This document shows positions 26,472-33,292 of a stretch of 37,692 nucleotides of DNA, piece after piece. Location: assembly GCA_001873665.1 (NCBI GenBank), contig MNZO01000020.1, forward strand, positions 1 to 37,692. Direction: 5' to 3'. This stretch comes from Candidatus Shapirobacteria bacterium CG2_30_35_20. GTDB taxonomy: Bacteria; Patescibacteriota; Microgenomatia; UBA12405. A program made the translations under genes and the position numbers. Position 1 is the first letter of the stretch; each line of letters begins with the position of its first letter. A model generated the notes under the pieces. It made no database searches, had not been told where the DNA came from, and saw nothing but the letters and a program-made list of their open reading frames with translations.

Positions 26472-27523
26472 ACACAGAACAACTAATTAATAGTTTACCT
26501 GTCGATTTTTTCTTTTTGGTTGTCGACCAAAATCTTGATATCAAATTGCCACAACTAAAAAACTTCTACTCAATTTATAACCCAAATTTATCACAAAAAA
26601 ATAGTGGTTATTTATTATCTCAACCATCAACCACAAATTTTATCAAAAAAACCACTAAAAAATCGGGGCATCAGGCCGCCATTGTCCCCTTTAAACCATC
26701 GGCTAAAATCGACTTAATTTGCAAACAAAATAATTGGCTGCGTATCAGCAATCCAGCCCCTTTAAACCGTCTTTTAGAAGACAAAATCAAATTTCCTAGC
26801 ATTATTAAAAATATTCCCCAATTACCTTTTACCATTGCCCCTTATACCAAGCAAAATGTCGATAAATTAATAAAAAAATATACCAACATAGTTGCCCAAA
26901 CTCATTTCGGCTGGGCTGGTAATAGCACCAAATTAATCACCAAGTACGACCCAACCATTATTCCTCCAAACTCCATATGTAAATTTACTCCCCATCTAAG
27001 GGGTTATTCGCTATTAAACAATTGTTGTTTAACCACAAACGGACTCATTCAAAGTCCTCCAGCCCTCCAATTTACCGGTCTACCCCAATACACCACCAAC
27101 CCTTTTGCCACTGTTGGTCGTCAATGGCCATCAATGGCACCTCAAAAAATTATTAATCAAGTTAAAAATATCACTACTGATTTTGCCAAAATATTAATAA
27201 AAATAAAATATAAAGGTTTTTTTGGACTTGATTTTTTTATCACTCAAAACAAGGTGTACTTACTCGAATGTAACCCTCGCCTAACTGCCTCTTTTGCTTT
27301 TTATACCAATATTGAAATAAAAGCTAAAATCACTCCGCTTTTTTATTATCACCTTTTAGAATTCACAAATCCTACCGTCCCCCCCAAAGAAAATCGCTTT
27401 AATAATAAACAAATTATTGGTTCAGAATTAACAAAACGTGATGAAAGTGGTGTCATTATTAAAAAAATCAATGACTATAAAATATTTTCAAACACTTATA
27501 ATAAAATAAAACTCAATGTCTAA
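26468..27523 (+). CDS. ATP-grasp family ligase, non-canonical
   Basis: LEDKIKF entry motif and C-terminal YKGFFGLDFFITQNKVYLLECNPRLTASF (Mg/ATP-binding E-x-N). ATGA overlap with the PLP gene. Confidence 0.65.
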   Translation: MNTEQLINSLPVDFFFLVVDQNLDIKLPQLKNFYSIYNPNLSQKNSGYLLSQPSTTNFIKKTTKKSGHQAAIVPFKPSAKIDLICKQNNWLRISNPAPLNRLLEDKIKFPSIIKNIPQLPFTIAPYTKQNVDKLIKKYTNIVAQTHFGWAGNSTKLITKYDPTIIPPNSICKFTPHLRGYSLLNNCCLTTNGLIQSPPALQFTGLPQYTTNPFATVGRQWPSMAPQKIINQVKNITTDFAKILIKIKYKGFFGLDFFITQNKVYLLECNPRLTASFAFYTNIEIKAKITPLFYYHLLEFTNPTVPPKENRFNNKQIIGSELTKRDESGVIIKKINDYKIFSNTYNKIKLNV

Positions 27524-28616
27524 AACTTGGCAATATTCTCTATTACTGACCATCATTGGTTTATTTTTCATCTCAATTTCCTCCCTTTTTGAAGCTCAAA
27601 AAAGTCTCGGCGATCCTAATTTTTTTATCAAAAAACAAATTATCTGGATTGCTTTGGGTGTTACTGCCATGTTTATTACTTCAAAAATAAATCTTGATTT
27701 CCTCCGTCGTCATTCTTTCTCTCTGTACGTAATCTCAATTTTACTCCTAATCATTGTTTTTATCCCCAGTCTTGGTCAAAAAACTTTTGGAGCCAGCCGC
27801 TGGATTGATCTTGGTTTCCTCAATTTTCAACCATCTGAATTTTTTAAGTTAATTACCATAATTTTTTTCCCCGCCCTATTTACCAGTCAAGACAAAACTA
27901 GCTTCAAACATTTGCTTATTTTTTTACTTCCGGCTTTTGGATTAATTGTTTTAGAGCCAAACCTAAGTACTGCTCTCTTATGTGCCGCCATTATCATTTC
28001 CACCTATTATTTGTCCGGCGGTCAATTATTGCCAATTTTTATTTCATTTTTGATTTTTTCATTACTGGGAATTGGACTTATTTTTTCCTCGGATTATCGT
28101 AAAGCTCGATTTAATACCCTCGCCAACATTCAGCAAAACAGTAATCTAAATTACCACAGCCAACAAATAATTATTTCTTTGGCCTCAGGGGGATTATCGG
28201 GCAGAGGAATTGCCAACTCTGAACAAAAATACAAATTCTTGCCCAAAATTAGCACTGATTCCATTTTAGCTATAATTGGTGAAGAAACTGGGCTTATTGG
28301 CCTTTTGGCCCTAAGTTATTTATTTATATCTTTTATTACCTATTTGTTTAAATTAGCCAACATGGTTACTTTGTTATTTGAAAAAGTATTAATCTCCTCT
28401 TTTGCTTGCTGGTTATCATATCAAGCTCTCATCAATTTTTCCGCTATTGTTGCTCTAATTCCCTTAACTGGAATTCCTTTTCCTTTTATTTCCTATGGCG
28501 GATCATCACTCCTCTCAATTATGGCTGCTGCTGGACTAGTAGCCAACATTGAGCGAAAATATAGACATGACAAAAAAAATCCTAATCACTGGTACTCACC
28601 TCACTCCCGCCATTGA
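27516..28616 (+). CDS. ftsW: SEDS-family peptidoglycan glycosyltransferase FtsW
   Basis: PKISTDSILAIIGEETG and PLTGIPFPFISYGGSS motifs. It sits upstream of murG in the dcw cluster. Confidence 0.85.
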   Translation: MSKTWQYSLLLTIIGLFFISISSLFEAQKSLGDPNFFIKKQIIWIALGVTAMFITSKINLDFLRRHSFSLYVISILLLIIVFIPSLGQKTFGASRWIDLGFLNFQPSEFFKLITIIFFPALFTSQDKTSFKHLLIFLLPAFGLIVLEPNLSTALLCAAIIISTYYLSGGQLLPIFISFLIFSLLGIGLIFSSDYRKARFNTLANIQQNSNLNYHSQQIIISLASGGLSGRGIANSEQKYKFLPKISTDSILAIIGEETGLIGLLALSYLFISFITYLFKLANMVTLLFEKVLISSFACWLSYQALINFSAIVALIPLTGIPFPFISYGGSSLLSIMAAAGLVANIERKYRHDKKNPNHWYSPHSRH

Positions 28617-29604
28617 GTTAATTAATCAGTTAAAAGAAGATTCCATTAGTTGGGATATCACCTATATCGGTCGAAATTTTAACTCACATGAAAAAATCAG
28701 CCCCTCAATTGAGTCATTAACTATTCCCAAATTAAACATAAAATTCTATGGTTTTCAAAGTGGCAAACTTGATCGTCGCTGGTTACCCAACACCATTGCT
28801 GGCATCCCCCTTACTATCCAATCATTCATTAAAATCAACCATCTCATCAAAAAAATCAGGCCTGATATTGTTGTCTCTTTTGGGGGATATATTTCCGTTC
28901 CCGTTATTATAAATTCTTATTTACAAAAAATCCCCTCAATTACTCACGAACAAACCTCTACTTTAAGCCTATCCACCAAAATAAACTCAAAGTTTACCAA
29001 CAAAGTTGCCCTATCTTTCCCCTCAAACATCAAAAATACTAAATTTGTAGTTACCGGAAATTTATTTTTACGCGAAATCCTAAACTTAAAGTCAGATTAT
29101 TTTGAGTCATTAAATATAAAATTACCCATTATCTATTTAACTGGAGGCAATCAAGGTTCCATTATCTTAAATCAAACACTCCAAAAAATATTACCTACCT
29201 TGACAAAAAAATATTTTGTCGTCCACCAAACTGGAAATCAAAATTTTTCCGCCTCAAAAAATTATTTACCCATAAATTATATTTTTTCTGACAATATTGG
29301 TTGGATATTAAATAACTCCAATATTATCATTAGTCGCGCTGGTGCCAATATTTGCCAAGATATAACCGTATTATCAAAAAAATCAATTTTAATACCCCTT
29401 AAAATCAGTCAGCAGGATGAACAATTAAAAAATGCCAAATTAGTTAAATTAATAATGCCAAAGCTTACCATTATCATTCCTGAAATTAAACTAACTCCTT
29501 CCACCCTCCTCAAATCAATAAATAAATTAATAAAAATAAAAACAAATATCGCAATTAAACCAAAAATAAACTACAGTCTACTAAAACTCATCAAAACACT
29601 TTAA
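28567..29604 (+). CDS. murG: UDP-GlcNAc:lipid I N-acetylglucosaminyltransferase MurG
   Basis: GT28 layout: N-terminal ILITGTHLTPAIEL, TGGNQGS, and ISRAGANI..D. It sits after ftsW in the dcw cluster. I prefer ATG 28567 over the track's TTG 28549. Confidence 0.75.
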   Translation: MTKKILITGTHLTPAIELINQLKEDSISWDITYIGRNFNSHEKISPSIESLTIPKLNIKFYGFQSGKLDRRWLPNTIAGIPLTIQSFIKINHLIKKIRPDIVVSFGGYISVPVIINSYLQKIPSITHEQTSTLSLSTKINSKFTNKVALSFPSNIKNTKFVVTGNLFLREILNLKSDYFESLNIKLPIIYLTGGNQGSIILNQTLQKILPTLTKKYFVVHQTGNQNFSASKNYLPINYIFSDNIGWILNNSNIIISRAGANICQDITVLSKKSILIPLKISQQDEQLKNAKLVKLIMPKLTIIIPEIKLTPSTLLKSINKLIKIKTNIAIKPKINYSLLKLIKTL

Positions 29605-29613
29605 AATAGATAT

Positions 29614-30858
29614 ATGCCTCATTCCCAAACCATCTCCTGTCTTGATATCGGGACAACAAAAATAACCACCATTGTCGCCAATCTGGTTGATGCCAAATCA
29701 ACTCCCAACATTATTGGAGTTTCCTCAACTACGGCCAAAGGATTCAAAAAAGGACAAATAATAAATCTTGAACAAGCCTCTCAAACCATCACTGAGTCAA
29801 TCGAATCTGCCGAAAGAATGGCTAACTTAGAAATTAATCAAGTTTTTGTCTCCCTGACTGCCCCTCATTTCGAATCGATCAATTCTCATGGCGTCGCCGC
29901 TATCAGTAATCCCAATGGAGAAATTACTCAAGATGATATTTTTCGTGCCATCGAAGCCGCCAAAGCTATTACTCTTCCACCCAACAAAGAAATAATTCAC
30001 AGTATCCCCCGTATTTTCACCGTCGACGGTCAAGATGGTGTGGTTGATCCCATCGGTATGAACGGAATTAGGCTAGAAGTTGATTCTCATTTAATTTTAG
30101 CTTCTACCCCCGCCATAAAAAATTTAACCAAATGCCTCAAAGATATCAATATTAAAATAATTTCTCTAGCCTATTCCGGTCTCACCGCCGGCCTTGCCTG
30201 TCTCTCTGAAACAGAAAATGAGCTTGGTGTGGCTCTGGTTGATATTGGCGGATATAACACCAGCGTTACCATTTTTATCGATAATTCACCAGACTGTTCT
30301 TTTTGTCTCCCTGTTGGTGCCAACAATATTACCGCCGACCTAGCTATCGGTTTACGTCTCCCACTCATCGATGCCGAAAAAATTAAAATCAGATTAGCCC
30401 AATTAGCCGACAAAAAAGGATTTAATGATGAAATTGATCTTTCCAATATCGGTATTACTACCGACAACAACAAGCTTTCAATCTCCTCAACCGTTAATGG
30501 TATTATCAAACCCAGAATTGAAGAAATTATTCATCTTGTTTGGCAAGAAATATGTAATCGTGGTTTTCAAAACCTAATTCCTGCCGGAATCGTTCTGACC
30601 GGTGGTGGCGCTGAAACTATTGAACTAAAAAAAATAGCCCAAAAAATTATTCCTTTACCTCTCAGAATTGGTGAACCCCTCAAATTAAATGGCTTGGTTG
30701 ATGACATTGCTTCTCCAGCCTATAGTAGTACCATCGGCTCGATTCTGTTTTTTCAAAACTCCAAACAAATTCCCCATACCTCAAATAAAAAAATAAATAT
30801 CCCTTTCAAACAAATTTTTCAAAAAATTAAAAATTTTTTAGCACCATTATTACCCTAA
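29614..30858 (+). CDS. ftsA: Cell division protein FtsA
   Basis: Actin-fold motifs LDIGTTKI, VDIGGYNT and VLTGGGAE. It sits immediately upstream of ftsZ. Confidence 0.9.
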   Translation: MPHSQTISCLDIGTTKITTIVANLVDAKSTPNIIGVSSTTAKGFKKGQIINLEQASQTITESIESAERMANLEINQVFVSLTAPHFESINSHGVAAISNPNGEITQDDIFRAIEAAKAITLPPNKEIIHSIPRIFTVDGQDGVVDPIGMNGIRLEVDSHLILASTPAIKNLTKCLKDINIKIISLAYSGLTAGLACLSETENELGVALVDIGGYNTSVTIFIDNSPDCSFCLPVGANNITADLAIGLRLPLIDAEKIKIRLAQLADKKGFNDEIDLSNIGITTDNNKLSISSTVNGIIKPRIEEIIHLVWQEICNRGFQNLIPAGIVLTGGGAETIELKKIAQKIIPLPLRIGEPLKLNGLVDDIASPAYSSTIGSILFFQNSKQIPHTSNKKINIPFKQIFQKIKNFLAPLLP

Positions 30859-30870
30859 ATGCCAAAAAAC

Positions 30871-30975
30871 AAATCTACAATTTCCAAACAAGTTCCAAAT
30901 CTACAAGTTCCAATTGGGATTTGTAATTTGTTTATTGTGATTTGTTTGGAAATTGTTTTTTGTAATTTGGAAATT
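30871..30975. repeat. Imperfect ~100-nt palindrome built from family A-like units (ftsA-ftsZ spacer)
   Basis: Left arm acaatttccaaaca (30877-30890) is the exact reverse complement of tgtttggaaattgt (30943-30956). The flanking units ccaaatctacaa / ttgtaatttgg extend the pairing imperfectly. Confidence 0.7.
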
Positions 30976-30987
30976 ATTTTATAAAAA

Positions 30988-32082
30988 ATGGGATTAATAA
31001 AAACTCTTACCGGTCAATTCGCAAAGATCAAAGTTGTTGGTGTTGGAGGTGGTGGTAATAATGCCATCAATTCAATGATCAACGAAGACAACATCAAGGG
31101 TGTCGAGTTTGTCGCAGTTAATACCGATTCACAGGCGTTACTAAACTCTCTCGCCGATATTAAAATTCAAATTGGAGAAAAATTAACCAAAGGACTCGGG
31201 GCTGGCGGTGAACCACAAGTCGGACAACAAGCAGCCGAAGAATCACGAGAACGCATCAAAGAAGCTCTCACCGATACTGATATGCTTTTTATTACTGGTG
31301 GTATGGGTGGAGGAACATGTACTGGCGCTGCCCCAATTATTGGCGAAATTGCCAAAAAAGAATTAGGTATTTTAACTATTGCCGTTGTTACCAAGCCATT
31401 CTTATTTGAAGGTTCAAGGCGTATGAGTCGGGCCGAAGATGGCCTATCCCATCTTCGCCAATATGTTGATACTCTAATTGTCATTCCCAATCAAAAAGTC
31501 ATGGAAGTGGTCAACAACCAAGCCACGCTATTAGAAGCCTTTAAAATTGCCGATAATGTATTAACTAAAGGCACCAAAGCCATCGCCGATTTAATTACCA
31601 CCACCGGTTTAATAAATCTAGATTTTGCCGATATTAAATCGGTTATGGGCAATGCTGGTTCCGCCCTCATGGGTGTGGGTGAAGCTGAAGGTGAAGGACG
31701 TGCCCAAAAAGCCGTCGAATTGGCTATCGATTCTCCCTTAGTTGAGGCAAATATTGACGGTGCCCGAGGTGTGTTAATCAATATTAATGGTGGTCCTGAT
31801 ATTACCATGGCCGAAATCGAGCAAGCTGCCAAAACTATTACCGACCATGTTGCCCCCGATGCCAATATCATTTTTGGCGCTTCAATCGATTCAGAACTAT
31901 CCGGAAAAATAAAAGTTACCGTTATCGCTACTGGTTTTGATAATTCAAAAATTCATTATGCCAAACCCACCCAAGAACCACTACTATCAGGTGAATATAA
32001 AAATATTTTAGATAATCAAATTATTCCCGAAGGTCTGGACATCGAAACCGATTTCGACATCCCCGCCTTCCTTCGCAAATAG
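30988..32082 (+). CDS. ftsZ: Cell division GTPase FtsZ
   Basis: GVGGGGNNAIN, the tubulin signature GGMGGGTCTGAAP, and NLDFADIK. Confidence 0.97.
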   Translation: MGLIKTLTGQFAKIKVVGVGGGGNNAINSMINEDNIKGVEFVAVNTDSQALLNSLADIKIQIGEKLTKGLGAGGEPQVGQQAAEESRERIKEALTDTDMLFITGGMGGGTCTGAAPIIGEIAKKELGILTIAVVTKPFLFEGSRRMSRAEDGLSHLRQYVDTLIVIPNQKVMEVVNNQATLLEAFKIADNVLTKGTKAIADLITTTGLINLDFADIKSVMGNAGSALMGVGEAEGEGRAQKAVELAIDSPLVEANIDGARGVLININGGPDITMAEIEQAAKTITDHVAPDANIIFGASIDSELSGKIKVTVIATGFDNSKIHYAKPTQEPLLSGEYKNILDNQIIPEGLDIETDFDIPAFLRK

Positions 32083-32088
32083 TTTAAA

Positions 32089-32173
32089 TACGTCATTACG
32101 AGGAGCAATTACAACGGTGACGTGGTAATCTCGTTGAGATTTTATCAGCCTGACATTTTTCCCGTGATATAAT
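32089..32173 (+). repeat. Family B GC-rich dispersed repeat, copy 1 (core + hairpin + extended -10)
   Basis: tacgtcattacgaggagcaattacaacggtgacgtggtaatctcgttgagattttatcagcc...tgatataat. It is near-identical to copy 2 and inverted relative to copy 3. Confidence 0.85.
32165..32173 (+). promoter_or_regulatory. Extended -10 (TGaTATAAT), 6 nt upstream of the hicB ATG, carried by repeat copy 1
   Basis: tgatataat followed by ctattc then ATG 32180. Confidence 0.5.
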
Positions 32174-32179
32174 CTATTC

Positions 32180-32440
32180 ATGGTAAACCAATCATTTAAA
32201 ATCATTTTAGAGCAAGACGAAGATGGAGTTTTTGTGGCGTCAGTGCCAGCCGTACCCGGTTGTTTTGCTGAAGGTAAAACTTATGAAAAAGTAATGGAAA
32301 ATATCAAGGAAGCGTTAAGTCTGTGTCTTGATGTAGCCAACAAAGATAAAGACTATCACGCCAAAATTGATTGGTCTGATGGAAATAAAAGTAAATTTTT
32401 TGGCATAGTAAATTTAAATATGCCAATGTTAGCTTGCTAA
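32180..32440 (+). CDS. hicB: HicB-family antitoxin (UPF0150-type)
   Basis: FKIILEQDEDGVFVASVPAVPGCFAEGKTYEKVMENIKEAL is typical of the HicB N-domain. It lies directly upstream of hicA. Confidence 0.8.
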   Translation: MVNQSFKIILEQDEDGVFVASVPAVPGCFAEGKTYEKVMENIKEALSLCLDVANKDKDYHAKIDWSDGNKSKFFGIVNLNMPMLAC

Positions 32441-32442
32441 AA

Positions 32443-32673
32443 ATGCCCAGGTTACCAGTAATTAATCACAAAAAGTTAGAAAAGGTATTAAAAAATTTGG
32501 GATTTGAAGAAATAAGGCAAAAAGGTAGTCATGCTTTTTTCAAAAGATTTAGCGATGGCAAAACAACCGTAGTTCCCAAGCATAATGGTGATTTAGGAAA
32601 GGGATTATTGCGAAAAATCTTAAACGAAATTGATTTATCAATAGGGGAGTTAGAAAAAAGATTGAGAAAATAA
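32443..32673 (+). CDS. hicA: HicA-family mRNA interferase toxin
   Basis: KKLEKVLKNLGFEEIRQKGSHAFFKR..GKTTVVPKHNGDLGKGLLRKIL matches the HicA/YcfA pattern. I prefer ATG 32443 over the track's 32434. Confidence 0.9.
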   Translation: MPRLPVINHKKLEKVLKNLGFEEIRQKGSHAFFKRFSDGKTTVVPKHNGDLGKGLLRKILNEIDLSIGELEKRLRK

Positions 32674-32678
32674 AAAGA

Positions 32679-32760
32679 TACGTCATTGCGAGGAGCAAAT
32701 ATATAAATAGCGACGTGGTAATCTCGTTGAGATTTTATCAGCCTCAGTTTTTGGTATAAT
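32679..32760 (+). repeat. Family B repeat, copy 2
   Basis: tacgtcattgcgaggagcaaatatataaatagcgacgtggtaatctcgttgagattttatcagcc...tggtataat. Confidence 0.85.
32752..32760 (+). promoter_or_regulatory. Extended -10 (TGgTATAAT) carried by repeat copy 2
   Basis: tggtataat followed by 7 nt then ATG 32768, which opens a 20-codon ORF. Confidence 0.4.
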
Positions 32761-33049
32761 ACAACACATGGATAAGAGAGAGAGAGAAAAAAAACAATTG
32801 TTTCAAACGAAATTATCCACCCAACAATAACTATTCGCAAAGCTAACCCAAAAGAGGAACAAACCCGAGTTTCACAATCAATAGTAAAACTACCATTTTA
32901 TAAAACACACAATTATAAAATAATTTTACCCTTTATCCTGTCCAGAATTTAGTTGATAAAAATATATTTCAAATGGTTACTTTAGAAAACGCATGGCAAA
33001 AAATACCTGATGTTTTGACAGAATATGTAAAACAATATCCTCGATAGTC

Positions 33050-33108
33050 CTTCTCAATCCCCACGAGATTGCCACGTCGCTGTTGTAATTGCTCCTCGCA
33101 ATGACGTC
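33050..33108 (-). repeat. Family B repeat, copy 3 (inverted)
   Basis: The reverse complement of 33063-33107 is acgtcattgcgaggagcaattacaacagcgacgtggcaatctcgt. This matches 41 of 45 positions of copy 1 (32090-32134). Confidence 0.85.
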
Positions 33109-33119
33109 CTAGCGTGTTG

Positions 33120-33125
33120 TATAAT
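33120..33125 (+). promoter_or_regulatory. -10 box TATAAT, 6 nt upstream of ATG 33132
   Basis: Consensus hexamer. It has the same -10-to-ATG spacing as glyQS and hicB. Confidence 0.4.
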
Positions 33126-33131
33126 ACCCCA

Positions 33132-33164
33132 ATGTCACAGACCACAAAAATAATCATTACCTAG
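33132..33164 (+). promoter_or_regulatory. Candidate leaderless leader ORF MSQTTKIIIT upstream of ileS
   Basis: atg tca cag acc aca aaa ata atc att acc tag. It has three consecutive Ile codons and is followed by a hairpin and a terminator. Confidence 0.35.
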
Positions 33165-33188
33165 CCCGAGGGTTTTCCTCGGCTTTAT

Positions 33189-33213
33189 AAATCCGCCTAG
33201 GCGGATTTTTTTT
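33189..33213 (+). terminator. Rho-independent terminator-like hairpin + T8
   Basis: aaatccgc-ctag-gcggattt forms an 8-bp stem, followed by a run of T to 33213. Confidence 0.55.
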
Positions 33214-33266
33214 GCTGTTTTATAGCAAAATTTGGAGCAAAGCGACATAATTTTGTTTTAAAACGC

Positions 33267-33290
33267 AATCCGCCTTTGGCGGAGTTTTAT
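33267..33290 (+). terminator. Second copy of the same hairpin (weaker terminator-like element)
   Basis: aatccgcc-ttt-ggcgga followed by gttttat. Confidence 0.3.
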
Positions 33291-33292
33291 TA

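Larger units (their letters stand above)
32090..33107. mobile_element. Candidate non-autonomous cassette: hicBA bounded by 45-nt imperfect inverted repeats
   Basis: Inverted family B copies lie at 32090-32134 and 33063-33107 (4 mismatches), with an internal direct copy at 32679. I saw no transposase and no clear target-site duplication. Confidence 0.35.

Noticed and set aside
30171-30509. A 112-aa minus-strand ORF inside ftsA.
   Set aside because: It is antisense to a well-supported ftsA CDS and has no motif, so it is a shadow ORF.
31167-31871. Two long minus-strand ORFs (107 and 126 aa) inside ftsZ.
   Set aside because: They lie fully antisense to an unambiguous ftsZ CDS. They are shadow ORFs, which is typical opposite a locally GC-richer, Gly/Ala-rich gene. 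Their Pro/Ser/Ala-rich translations carry no recognisable motif.
32973-33047. A 24-codon ORF (MVTLENAWQKIPDVLTEYVKQYPR) inside the cassette spacer.
   Set aside because: It has no promoter-like -10 at leaderless spacing, no recognisable family, and could be a gene remnant. The evidence is too weak to call.
32008-33157. Three minus-strand ORFs (32008-32205, 32529-32840, 32969-33157) with shared peptides such as LIKSQRDYHV..APRNDV or RHCEEQLQQRRGNLV.
   Set aside because: The shared peptide segments are just translations of the family B DNA repeat. The ORFs also overlap ftsZ and hicA or span spacer DNA, so they are repeat-generated artefacts.
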